Part shown: piece after piece, positions 1-11,320 of the stretch
Position numbering within the stretch: the stretch's first letter is position 1
How the letters are laid out: the number at the start of each line of letters is the position of its first letter
Source: Squalus acanthias
Lineage: Eukaryota
NCBI GenBank assembly: GCA_030390025.1
Contig: CM059431.1
Coordinates: 135,658,001-135,722,000 of the forward strand
DNA length: 64,000 bases
Reading direction: 5' to 3'
Notes under the pieces: generated by a model
Told to the model about the DNA's origin: nothing
Seen by the model: only the letters and a program-made list of their open reading frames with translations
Database searches by the model: none
Program-made: the position numbers and the translations under genes

Positions 1-46
1 GAGTGCACAGTGCGTACTCTCCCGTATTCGGCCGAATTTCTGGGCC
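1..46 (-). mobile_element. Terminus of a hairpin-rich Harbinger-type MITE (same family as 29928-30693), cut by the window edge
   Basis: Reverse complement GGCCCAGAAATTCGGCCGAATACGGGAGAGTACGCACTGTGCACTC aligns with the start of 29928 (GGGCCAAAAATTCGGCACTTGCCGGGTGAGTACGCGCTGTGTACTC). Confidence 0.7.
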
Positions 47-772
47 ATTAACTCCCAGGTCCCTCTGTCCTTGCACACTCTTTAAAACTGTGCCATTAAG
101 TGTATATTGCCTCTCCCTGTTCCTTCTGCCAAAATACATCACCTCACACTTCTCTGTATTAAATTCCACCTGCCACTTGTCTGCCCATTCTGCTAGCTTT
201 TCTATGTCCTGTTGCAGTCGATTGGTATCATCATCACTGTTTGCCACACCCCCAAGTTTGGTGTCATTGGCAAATTTAAAAATTCTACTCTGTATTGCAA
301 TATCCAGGTCATTTATATATATGAAAAAAGCAGTGGCCCCAGCACTGACCCTTGGGGAACACCACTGTCTACCATCCTCCAGTCTGAAACACAGCCATTT
401 ACCACAACTTGCTGTTTTCTGTCCTTAAGCCAATTCCTTATCCAAGCTGCCACTGTCCCACCTATTCCATGAGCCTCAATGTTGTTAACCAGCCTTCTAT
501 GTGGTACTTTGCCAAATGCCTTCTGAAAATCCATGTAGACAACATCCATTGCATTCCCTTCATCAATCCTCTCTGTTACTGCATCAACAAATCCATGTTG
601 GCTCTCCTTAGTTAGCTTAAACCTCTCCAAGTGCCCATTAATTTTTTCCTTGATTATTGTTTCTAAAACTTTACCCACCACTGATGTTAAACTGACCGGC
701 CTGTAGTTACTAGGATTGTCCTTACACCCTTTCTTGAACAATGGTGTCACATTTGCCACTTTCCAATCCTCA
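47..772 (-). mobile_element. CR1 LINE fragment (ORF2 reverse transcriptase region)
   Basis: ORF 313-843(-): PEDWKVANVTPLFKKG..NYRPVSLTS..YMDFQKAF..GVPQGSVLGPLLF. Confidence 0.95.
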
Positions 773-778
773 GGCGTC

Positions 779-1627
779 CTCAAGGTCACCGCAGCCCTCA
801 ATTTCTTCACCAGCAGATCCTTCCAGTCTGCAGCAGGAGACATCTCTCAGTTCACTGTCCATCGCTGCATCCGGGAGATCACAGAGGCTCTCTAATCCAG
901 GAAAAGGAACGTCATTGTCTTCTCTCTGAAAAGAGAAAGCAGGAGAAATGCGCATGTGTCTTTGCTAGGATAGCAGGCTTCCCCATGGTGCAGGGCACCA
1001 TCGACTGCACAGACGTGGCTTTGCGGGCACCATATACTAATCCTGAGATGTTCTGCAACTGCAAAGTTTACCACTCACTTAATGTGCAATTGTTGTGCGA
1101 CCACGTCCAGCGCATCATGATGGTGAATGCCCTCTATCCTTGCAGCAGTCATGATGCCTTCATCCTGCACCAGTCCGGTGTGCCAGCAATCTTCCAGCCA
1201 TCACGCCATGGTGGCTGCTCGGAGACTAGGGCTATCCGTGTGCACCTGGCTGATGACTTCTATCCGCAACCCCACCACTTGTGGCCAGCACTCACATAAT
1301 GACAGCCATGCTGTCACCAGGAACGTCATTAAGCAGACTATCGGGGCGGGGGGGTGGGGGCTCAAGCAATGGTTTTGCTGCCTTGACTGCTCGGGAGGAG
1401 CCCTCCAGTCCACACCGGAGTGGGCGTCCCATTTTGTGGTGGTCAGCTGCATGGTCCACAACTTGGCCATCATGAAGACTCAGCCCTTGCCACCAGGGGT
1501 TGCGGGACCACTGGAGGAGGAAGAGGAAGAGGAAAAGGAGGAGGAAGAGGAAGGGAAGAGGCAGGCAGCAAATCCCTGTTTCGGACAGGCTGCTTGTGAG
1601 TGCCTCATCAGACTCCGATTCGACTGA
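779..1627 (+). pseudogene. Harbinger (HARBI1-like DDE) transposase fragment, frameshifted
   Basis: KVTAALNFF, GFPMVQGTIDCT, YHSLNVQLLCD, YPCSSHDAFIL, RNVIKQTIG..LKQWFCCLD, CMVHNLAI and an acidic tail; homologous to 21548-22748. Confidence 0.9.
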
Positions 1628-1799
1628 ATGAAACCTCAGATCTCCATTGCTCGCCACTTCCACATCATACCATTCCTCTGTCACATAACATCACAGTGTC
1701 CTCCTCGGCACAAAGCTGAAATGAGAGCCAACACAAAACATAAATTCCAAACAAAATTCATAAATTTATCAAAATCCAATCTCAATTACAATCTCAACT

Positions 1800-2190
1800 A
1801 TTCAGCCCTGTGCATTCCCTTAGTGTCTGTCTTTCTTGTGCCTTTACCTACTCTAGTGCTCCTACACAGTGCTCCCCCAGGTTCCAGCTCCACAGAGGGC
1901 AAGTTTGCACATGAGTTCTGCTCCACAGGACTCATATGATGACCTCAATGGGGCGGCCTTCAGAAGAAGGGTGATGGGCATGCACATGGAAATACTAGGT
2001 GCAATGGCAAGCCTGCCAGAGAGCCTCTTGTCAGTGTCAAGGAGCACGGAGGAGTCCGGCTCCAAATTTGCATGGGGCTTTGCGCAGAGCTTGGAGCCCG
2101 TGATTTCCAGGATGGAAATGATGGAGAACTCCAGGAGAGACCTTGTGGACCCATGGATGATGCTGGGTGTGATGGGCGATCTTGTGCTTG
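1800..2190. mobile_element. Fragments of the Harbinger Myb/SANT partner gene 3' exon, with an internal inversion near 1879
   Basis: 1800-1878 is the reverse complement of the 42256-42335 homologue; 1879-2190 is the sense homologue of 41472-41770 (SSAPQDS..MLGAMASLPESL..FAQSLEP). Confidence 0.8.
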
Positions 2191-2691
2191 TGCCCACTTT
2201 GACCCTGCTCCCTCTCTGAACCTCCATGGCTCTTTATTTCTACTTAGGTTTTCCTCTCTCTCTGGTTCATATCCATTCATCCATCCAACTCTACACCTCT
2301 GCATTTATATTTATTACAAACCTCTACCTACACCCTTCCTCATCAACTCCTCCTTTCACCACTATCCACTACCCCATCAATACACATATATCAACTGTCT
2401 CCCCAGTAATCACTGTCCATCTCCAAACTATTTCCTTTCCCCTGCTACCCACTGACCCTAAGTACCCCACCCCTCACCCCAAAAGCTTGTTAGCCACCAT
2501 CCAAAGCTCTTACTTCTTCCTCAGCTCTCCTCTTCCCAGTACTCACTACCACTCTCCTCAATTACTCATTTGGCTATAGCCACCACCCTTCCCCACATTC
2601 CCAGTTACTAATTTCCCATAAGCATATCCTTCCTGCTTCACACCTCTTCACCTTCAATTCCCTCAAATACTCATTACCCACAGTACTCCAG

Positions 2692-3140
2692 CTGTGGCTC
2701 AGTGGGCAGCACGTTTGCCTCTAGGTCAGAAAGTCATAGGTTCAAGTCCCATTCCAGAGACTTGAACACCAAATCTGTGTTGATATTCCAGTGCAGTGCT
2801 GAGGGAGTGCTCCATTGTTGGAGTTGTCATCTTTTGGATGAGACGTTAAAGCTCTCAGGTGCATATAAAAGATCCCATGGCACTATTTCGAAGAAGAGCA
2901 GGGGAGTTCTCCCCAGTGGCCTGACCAATATTTATCTCTCAACCAACACCACTAAACAACAGATGACCTGGTCATTATCACATTGCTGTTTGTGGGACTT
3001 TGCTATGTGCAATTTGGCTGCCGTGTTTCCTACATTATAACAGTAACTACACTTCAAAAAGTATTTAATTGGCTGTAAAGCACATTAGGACATCCTGAGG
3101 TCATGAAAGGCGCTTGAGAAATGTAAGTTCTTTCTTTCTT
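2692..3140 (+). mobile_element. tRNA-derived DeuSINE (SacSINE1-like)
   Basis: A box TGGCTCAGTGG, B box GGTTCAAGTCC, Deu-domain-like TAAAAGATCCCATGGCACTATTTCGAAGAAGAGCAGGGG, 3' tail ..GAAAGGCGC..AAATGTAAGTTCTTTC. Confidence 0.85.
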
Positions 3141-3574
3141 TCCAACTACTCACTATCCCCATCTCTTTACAGCTCATTACTCCACCTCAAATACCTTCCT
3201 CCAATTCACAATACTTTCACCCCCAACGACTCACTACCTTCCCCAAATGACTTAATACCTCACAGTCTGCCTCACCTACCTGGACCCCCAAGCTATTGGT
3301 CGCTAACAAATTTTCCCCCCTAAATGTCTTATGTATAGTGCACACATCCTGTTAGTGTCACACCTACTTCCTGCAACACTTTTCCCATCACACCTAGTTA
3401 ATAACACTCCGATTGTTAGAAAGAAAAGTATCCTCTGACTCCGTATGAATACGACATCGGATATTTTCTTGTTGCTTATGGAAATATTTTACGAGAGAAT
3501 ATGTCTAGATTATTCTTTTTAAATCTAAATATCAGATCTGCACATCTTTCTCGTTTACTTTTGTAAGTGACATT

Positions 3575-3670
3575 GGGGTAGATTTTCAATCTGCGACTCG
3601 GGTATTAAACTGGCATTGCAAATTGGCCGCCCGTTATACAACCTGTTCGATTTTCATTTCCACTGTTTTC
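3575..3670 (+). mobile_element. Half of an old palindromic MITE (related to 54840-54980)
   Basis: Starts GGGGTAGATTTTCAA; internal CGCCCGTTATAC resembles the reverse complement of the 54840-54980 interior. Confidence 0.45.
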
Positions 3671-4555
3671 AGGATTAGATTGAATAGGTGGATGAGGGGA
3701 TATGGGAACAGGATAGGGTGATTAGGACTTTTTGCTCGCCTGGAGAGTAAATGCCAACATGTAATAATTGAGCCAAATGGCCTGTTTCCATGTTGTAACT
3801 TCCCTGTATTACTATGTACTAATTTACTTATTTGTTTTCTTTTAATCTCCCCATGCTTCCTACCATTGCCTTTGCATCTCTTTTGACGTCCACTTGATGT
3901 CTTCTGTTGGATTTATATTTGTTTGTGACAATGAACATCACTATTCAGGTAAGACACTGGCATTATAATTTCTCCAAGATGTTCTTTTTGTATTATTCAG
4001 TCAGGTTATGATCAATGTCAAACCTATGGAGCAAATGCCTCCTATACACTGCAGGCTCTTATGAAATTACTTTCAGTTTTCTCTGAATACAATTTATTAA
4101 GCTGAACAGCTATAAATCATTCTCCCTGATCTTTTACCAGTGAATGTGTTAACACTAATTAAAAAAACAAAATTTATGTTCCAATTTAATAAAGGAACTG
4201 CTTTTTTGATGTTAGAGTTTCCTCAGCTGAAGCAAAATCACACTAACATCAAGCCAGTAGTCAGGTATCTGGTGTTAACATGGATGATGCAATGCACATG
4301 AATCATAAAGACTTTTTAAGGCTGCATATAGTGGCACCACTATTTCAGGCCAGAATGGAGATGATTGGGTAATTCCCCTGCGAATTACGCCTGGGGACTG
4401 CACTACTGTAAGTGACTGGGATTGCTTTTATGCACATAATTTGTATTCTGTAACTACCCTCCACTCACTGCATTTTGCTGGAGAAATACCTTGCTTTTAT
4501 TGGGAAATTGGGAAATGTTGCTGTATGAGTTTTGTTTGTTCATAGAGATTCTTTT

Positions 4556-4935
4556 TAAATAGTCTCTTTGTTGAGTAAATAGACTGCTGTAATGCCCTGT
4601 TTCAATAGACTCTGCTGATTAAATAGACTGCTGTACTGCCCTGTTTCAATAGACTCTGCTGATTAAATAGACTGCTGTAGTGCCCTGTTTCAATAGACTC
4701 TGCTGATTAAATAGACTGCTGTAGTGCCCTGTTTCAATAGACTCTGTTTGCTGAGTAAATAGACTGCAGTAGTGCCCTGTTTCAATAGACTCTGTTTGCT
4801 GAGTAAATAGACTGCTGTAATGCCCTGTTTCAATAGACTCTGCTGATTAAATAGACTGCTGTAGTGCCCTGTTTCAATAGACTCTGTTTGCTGATTAAAT
4901 AGGCATTGTCTGCTGTAAAATAGACTGCTGTCAGT
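4556..4935. repeat. Minisatellite, 44/48-bp unit, about 7-8 copies
   Basis: Unit CAATAGACTCTG(TTTG)CTGA(T/G)TAAATAGACTGCTGTA(G/A/C)TGCCCTGTTT; unit starts at 4603, 4647, 4691, 4735, 4783, 4831, 4875. Confidence 0.95.
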
Positions 4936-6125
4936 CCTGCTGTAAGTCCCACACCACCTCCAACTCATTGGCTGACACAGTGGTGTCAATAGACACTTTG
5001 GCCCGACAGACTTATGTAAAACAAATATTCATAACGCATAGAAAAAGGAATAATAAAGTAGGAGTTGACCAAATTAAATTTGTTTGTTGGTGCTAAGTGC
5101 TGTGCTTAAATCAATTTTAAATGGAACGTAATGATAGATGATAAATTATGTCTTATAATGAAATTTCAGTCTGGAATTAGAGGGAAATTCTCTCCACAGA
5201 ACAGGTTCATTTCAGCGGTTGCTACACCTCCAGAGAAGGAACAAAAATACAAATTTTGAAGTAAAAATAAATGAACAATAAATGAGTGCTTTTACCCACT
5301 TCTAAATAGGAATAGAATAACTTGTTGCATTCTGTGTCACCGCTAACTGCACATATGTTTTAGGTTAATATGAATTGATAACAGAGTACCAAATTAACTG
5401 GTTTAAAAGGACACAATCTTCATGAGAAAGAATTTGACAAACTGTTCCTTTTTTGTGGAAGGGAACAAGCCAGGAGAGTGGTGCATCATTTTAATCATGA
5501 TGATGCTATCTACAAGGGATGTTCTCTTGGTTTAAATAAGATTTAGCCCTGATTGAGCTAGGTTCTACTGGTGATGCAGACCCTCACTAGGGATACTTGC
5601 AGATGGCAAAATTGAGCATGCAGATGTGTGTGTATTTCACCGCGAAAATGTAACAGTGACCAGCACGAGCATATTTAGATCTTCAAAAATTATTCAAATG
5701 AGTCCCATACTGGATTCAGTGGCTTTCTTGACGGCTCCTCACCAATAGCACTACAGTTTGTGGATGGCCTGGAGCAGGCTTCTTAAAACGGAATATCACT
5801 TTTTATAGATCGGTGTAAAGTTAGAATTTTTATAATCTTTTACCAGCATTTTGTTTAGGATATCAATTTTTGTTGCTATTTAGGTCTGATTTTTTTTTCC
5901 ATTGCAAGACTTTCATTTCCAAGATCATTACTTACAACAGCCTTTCTTCAGCAGTTATTTCACTTGCAGCAACCAAAGTGGATTAGATTGGAATTCCTCT
6001 GCAGCTTCTAATATTCCCTAATTTGGAAGAGGAACAGCAATTCTTGAGGGGTCATGAAAGTCAGGTCCATCTATGTCTCATGTGGTCATATACACACCTT
6101 CCCTGGCCCCGGGATTCATACTTAC

Positions 6126-6278
6126 TGGTCCACATAGTCCTTTCTTGACATGTATTAAATATAATTCCACCCAATCCTTCCAAGGCATCAAATGGCAAAA
6201 CAATCAATTGGCTGTCCACAGATACATCAAGCAATTGACCAAGGCTTTTTTTGCAAGGAAAGACTTGCACATTGTTTC
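6126..6278 (-). CDS. Candidate coding exon of an unidentified host gene (153 nt, phase 1-1): GNNVQVFPCKKSLGQLLDVSVDSQLIVLPFDALEGLGGIIFNTCQERTMWT
   Basis: Acceptor CCTCCTTTCCCCAG|, donor CA|GTAAGT, length divisible by 3, open frame (inside ORF 6061-6498), non-repetitive context. Confidence 0.4.
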
Positions 6279-6825
6279 CTGGGGAAAGGAGGCAGCAGCT
6301 TGACAGGGCACAGAACTTGTCCCAGGTGGCAAGGATCACAAAACTGGAGATCATCATAAATAAAACCCATGTACTTTTCAGACCATTGCGTCTGGCCACC
6401 ACCTCCAGGCACATTTTACTCCTGTCCTTCTGGGAAGGTGCTCTGGAATGCCAAACCCTTCTTGGACCCATTTCATGCAGCAGCACTTTGCCAGTCATGA
6501 AACAGGAGGGCAGTTACTGCAATGCTCTGCTATTTGTCCACATACTCCGTTTCATGCCGCCATGTTAGATTTTCTTTCATTTTTGTCCAGAACTTTTCTT
6601 CATTTCTGTACCTCCCCTCCGCAGTCTTGGCCAAGGCTGACAAATATTCAAAATTCATTTTGAGCTGAAACAACATTTGCCCTTGTGTATGGCCGTATTT
6701 GAGCTACGAGCCAGATAGTCCCAATTCTCCATTAGGTTCAGCCAAATGATTGAAATGAGCTGACCTTGCATACAAGATCACAAGATAATTACAGGTAAGG
6801 AAGGCCATTCAGCCCATCTTAAGAC

Positions 6826-6955
6826 TTCACCTGATGAAGGAGCAGCGCTCCGAAAGCTTGTGATTTCAAATAAAACTGCTGGATTATAACCTGGTGTTGT
6901 GCGACTTCTCACTTTTGTCCACCCCAGTCCAACACCGGCATCTCCGCATCATGGC
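6826..6955 (+). mobile_element. Penelope-like element terminal fragment (second subfamily)
   Basis: Hammerhead motif followed by AAATAAA..GGATTATAACCTGGTGTTGTG..CCCCAGTCCAACACCGGCATCTCC, the typical shark Penelope pseudo-LTR end. Confidence 0.75.
6827..6863 (+). ncRNA. Minimal type I hammerhead ribozyme
   Basis: TCAC-CTGATGA-A-GGAGC-AGC-GCTCC-GAAA-GC-TT-GTGA: stem I TCAC/GTGA, intact CUGAUGA and GAAA core, 5-bp stem II, palindromic AAGCTT stem III. Confidence 0.8.
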
Positions 6956-7299
6956 CACCCGATTGTAGCATCCAACTGTTTCTGAAATGATTTCAGGGTT
7001 TTTGCTTCCACTGCTCTGGAAGTTTATTTCATATATTGATCACTGTTTGTGTGAAGAAGAATTTCCTGATATCTGTCCAAAAATTACCCTTCTCTAGTTT
7101 GAACCTGTATCCCCTAATTCTACTCCAGCAGTTTAATTTAAAGTAATATTCTGAGTTAACTTTCTATACCCTTAACAATCTTAGACACTTTTATAAGATC
7201 ACTGATCAAAAGCCTCCTTTACAGACTGAAAAGACCAATTCTCTCCATTCCTTCCTCATAACATAGACCTCTTACACCATGACATCTGTACATTTGGGT

Positions 7300-7445
7300 C
7301 TGCATTGATTCGTTTGACCACCTCCTGCATTGCTTGGTGCACATTGGCTTTCGTTGGAGATTTCCCCTCAGCCCCAAAAATGATCACTTTCCTTTGCATC
7401 CATTCCTCCAGTAGGACCTCGAGGTATCTCTTCAGTGAAGAGGGC
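7300..7445 (-). pseudogene. Myb/SANT-like DNA-binding domain remnant of an older Harbinger element
   Basis: Manual translation FTEE/(frameshift)LEVLLEEWMQRKVIIFGAEGKSPTKANVHQAMQEVVKRINA fits the Myb/SANT pattern of the Harbinger partner proteins. The element end appears to resume after the CR1 at 11701-11791 (..AATTGCCCC). Confidence 0.6.
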
Positions 7446-9030
7446 TGTTGTTACTGTTCATACAGACATCTTCACTTAACCATCAATAAGCATTTATAAA
7501 AAAAAAAGCTGCTGCCTCTCTTCAAGTGCAGCAGCCCTTTAAGAGCTTGGATTCTTTGTGCACCCCCAGCTCACTGCATACCCTGTATCCAAAACATGCT
7601 GGGAGCGTGTTCAAATGATCTAAATCAGCTGACCCTACCAGAATTAATGATGACCTAAGTTCAGGAAACCAGGATGTAGAAGCGGTTTGGGTAGAGATGA
7701 GAAATAATAAAGGCAAGAAGTCACTTGTGGGAGTGGTGTACAGGCCCCCTAACAGTAACCACATGCTAGGATGGAGTATAAAGGAAGAAATAATGGGAGC
7801 TTGTCAGAAGGGTACGGCAATAATCATGGGGGATTTTAATTTGCATATAGACTGGAAAAATCAGATGGGCAAAGGTAGCATAGATGAGGAGTTCATGGAA
7901 TGTTTTCAGGATAGTTTCTTACAACAGCACGTTCTGGAGCCAACCAGAGAGCAGGCTATACTAGACCTGGTATTGTGCAACGAGATAGGATTAATTAATG
8001 ACCTCATAGTGAAGGCGCCCCTAGGTAGCAGCGATCATAATATGATTGAATTTTACATTCAGTTTGAGAGAGAAGAGTGGATCCAAGACTAATATTTTAA
8101 ACTTAAATAAGGGCAATTATGAGGGCATGAAAGCAGAGCTAGCTAAAGTGAACTGGCAAATTAGGTTAAGGGATAGGTCAATAGAGTTGCAGTGGCAGAC
8201 ATTTAAGGGGATATTTCAAAATACACAGAATATATACATTCCAACAAGAAAGAAAAATTCCAAGGGGAGGACCCACCATCCGTGGTTAACTAAAAAAGTT
8301 AAAGATAGTATTAAACTTAAAGAAAAAGCATATATTGCGCAAAGATGGGTGGCAGGTCAGAAGATTGGACAGAATATAAAAAACAGCAAAGAATGACTAA
8401 AAGATTAATAATGAGAGAAAAATTAGAGTACGACAGAAAGCTAGCTAGAAATATAAAAACAGATAGTAAGAGTTTCTATAGATATTTTTAAAAGAAAAGA
8501 GTTAACAAAGTGAGCGTTGGTCCTATAAAAAGTGAGTCTGGGGAATTAATAATGGAAAATGAGATGACAGTTGAATTGAACAGGTATTTTGCATCGCTCT
8601 TCACTATAGAGGATATAAGTAACATCCCAGAAATAGCTGTAAATCAGGAAATGGAAGGGAGGGAGAAACTCAAGAAAATTATAATCACCAGGGAAGTGGT
8701 ACTGAGCAAATTGTTGGAGCTGCGGGCTGACAAGTCCCCGGGTCCTGATGGACTTCATCCTAGGGTCTTAAAAGAAGTGGCTAGTGAGATAGTTAGATAG
8801 TTGATGCGTTGGTTTTAATTTTCCAAAATTCCCTAGATTCGGGGAAGGTTCCATTAGATTGGAAAATAATGAATGTAACTCCTTTATTCAAAAAGGGAGG
8901 GAGACAGAATGCAGGGAACTACAGGCCAGTTAGCTTAACATCTGTCATAGGGAAGATGTTAGAAGCTATTATTAAAGACGTTACAGCAGGGCATTTAGAA
9001 AAGTTCAAAGTAATCAGGCAGAGTCAACAT

Positions 9031-9293
9031 TAGGTTGATTTGGCTATGATAAATTGACCCTTAGTGTTAGGGGGGGGATTAAATATGTGGGGTTATGGGG
9101 ATAGGATGGGATATGTTAGGGGGAATTAAATACGTGGGGTTACAGGGGTAGGGTGGGATATCTGTACTGTGGGGATTAAAGCAGGGACAGGGTACTGGAT
9201 TTGGATGATCAGCCATGATCGTATTGAATGGTGGAGCAGGCTCGACGGGCCGAATGGCCTACTTCTGCTCCTAGATTCTATGTTTCTATGTTT
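9031..9293 (+). mobile_element. 5'-truncated HE1-like V-SINE
   Basis: Matches the 3' half of 43901-44352 and 51824-52120; CR1-type tail; AACAT duplicated at 9026-9030 and 9294-9298. Confidence 0.85.
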
Positions 9294-9521
9294 AACATGG
9301 TTTTGTGCAAGGGAAATCATGTTTAACCAATTTATTGGAGTTCTTTGAGGAAGTAACATGTGCTGTGGATAAAGGGGAACCGGTGGATGTACTGTACTTG
9401 GATTTCCAGAAGGCGTTTGATAAGGTGCCACATCAAAGGTTATTGCAGAAAATAAAAGCTCATGGTGTAGGGGGTAACATATTGGTATGGATAGAATATT
9501 GGCTAGTGAACAGGAAACAGA

Positions 9522-10416
9522 GGGGTAAAAATTCACTTGGTTGCGCCACCCGTTAGCGCCTTAAGAGGGCGCTAATGGGGCGCAAAGCCGCTAACGCCCG
9601 GGCGCAGCGATGTTTGCGCCGCTCGAGAACTTAACTTGAGATTGTGCGGCGGCGCTAAAACTTACCGCTGCGACCACCTGCGCGCGCAGATTGTGACGTC
9701 ATTCCATGGTGCAACGCCCTTGGGGCGTCCCGTAGCGGAAATTGAGTGGCGCCCCCTGCCTTACCGCCTGGCGCATCCAACGACCAGAAGACTGGAATGC
9801 TATCAATCGCTGTGGGGCTGGGGGGGGGGCGCTATTTAAAGGGGGCCTCTTCCTGTCTTTTATTGTTGGTGGCATTTTTGAACTACGCATTCTGAGAGAG
9901 AGAGGGAGAGACTTCTGGAGAGATTCAACGTTGTGTGAAGGAGTTTTGGGTACTGAGCAGCACTTTGCAGGTTCATTTTGATTTGCCATTCCTTGTATCG
10001 ATTTAGCAGAGACCGTGGGAGCTGCACTCTGAGCTCTTTGCCTGGTGCTCTCCATTGTTCTTTCCAGCACATTTGATGTGCAAGTCTCTCCAGGCCGAGA
10101 TTCAAGGCAGCAATGAACAGGATGTGGATGGAAAGCAAGATTAACCATCCCCTTTAAGAACTGGCCCGTGCCATTGTGTGTGTGTTCCATTGCTGACTGA
10201 CATTACATGAGCTTCGCCAGCGCTCCGAGTTAGCGCCTCACTGCTCGGCCTTTGCGCCTTAAGAGAGGTGTGCAGCGCCTGCTTTAGCGCTCCACTCACC
10301 TCCCGGGGCGGTAAAAGTGAAGTTTCCCGTCAGTGCCGATAATTAGCGCCAGGCGCTAATATTTGCGTCCGGACGATATTTGCGCCCCAAATGGGGCGCG
10401 ACCTAATTTCTACCCC
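9522..10416 (+). mobile_element. Non-autonomous Harbinger-type MITE, family 1 (895 bp)
   Basis: TIRs GGGGTAAAAATT / AATTTCTACCCC, TSD AGA, interrupts the CR1 codons RKQ|RVGING; homologous to 47544-48444 and 56210-57084. Confidence 0.9.
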
Positions 10417-11129
10417 AGAGAGTTGGCATAAATGGGTCATTTTCTGATTGGCAAGATGTAACAAGTAGTGTGTCACAGGGATCAGTGCTGGGGCCTCAAC
10501 TTTTTACAATTTATATAATGACTTGGATGAAGGGACCGAAGGTATGGTTGCTAAATTTGCTGATGACACAAAGATAGATAGGAAAGTAAATTGTGAAGAG
10601 GATATAAGGAGGCTACAAAGGGATATAGATAAGTTAAGTGAGTGGGCAAAGATCTGGCAAATGGAGTATAATGTGGGAAAATGTGAAGTTGTCCATTTTG
10701 GCAGGAAGAATAAAAAAGAAGCATATTATCTAAATGGTGAGAGATTGCAGAGCTCTGAGATGCAGAGGGATCTGGGTGTCCTAGTGCATGAATCACAAAA
10801 GGTTACTATGCAGGTACAGCAAGTAATTAGGAAAACTAATAGAATGTTATCGTTTATTGCGAGGGGAATTGAATACAAAAGTGGGGAGGTTATGCTTCAG
10901 TTATACAGGGCATTGGTGAGACCACATCTGGAGTACTGTGTACAGTATTGGTCTTCTTATTTAAGGAAGGATGTAAATGCATTGGAAGCAGTTCAGAGAA
11001 GGTTTACTAGACTAATACCTGGAATGGGCGGGTTGTCTTATGAGGAAAGGTTGGACAGGCTAGGCTTGTATCCGCTGGAGTTTAGAAGAATAAGAGATGA
11101 CTTGATTGAAACATATAAGATCCTGAGGG

Positions 11130-11320
11130 AACAACAGAAAACGCTGGAAAAACTCAGCAGGCCAGGCAGCATCCGTGGAGAGAGAAAGAGAGTTAACGTT
11201 TCAGGTCATCGACCTGAAACGTTAACTCTCTTTCTCTCTCCACGGATGCTGCCTGGCCTGCTGAGTTTTTTCAGCGTTTTCTGTTGTTATTTCGGATTTC
11301 CAGCATCCGCAGTATTTTGC
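11130..11320. mobile_element. Fold-back (palindromic) Penelope-like fragment
   Basis: 78-bp arms 11130-11207 and 11211-11288 with 1 mismatch; 16-bp TSD TATAAGATCCTGAGGG at 11114-11129 and 11321-11336. Confidence 0.9.

Larger units (their letters stand above)
6781..7285 (-). mobile_element. Old CR1 3' fragment, interrupted by a Penelope-like insertion
   Basis: Reverse complement of CR1 3' UTR (GGCCATTCAGCCCA) and decayed ORF2 C-terminus (reverse complement of ..RKFFFTQ..). Confidence 0.7.

Noticed and set aside
2200..2690. ORFs in C/T-rich tracts (also 3140-3320, 12320-12720, 13760-14080)
   Set aside because: Low-complexity, strand-skewed sequence with no recognisable domains or splice structure.
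4556..4935. CRISPR-like array or repeat protein (ORF 4690-4989)
   Set aside because: Units are contiguous with no unique spacers, the context is eukaryotic, and the ORF is a by-product of the repeat.
9699..10190. Novel protein family (ORFs 9699-10190, 47880-48218, 56482-56772)
   Set aside because: The frame is not preserved among the three MITE copies (variable GA tract, deletions), so the similarity reflects repeat identity rather than coding constraint.
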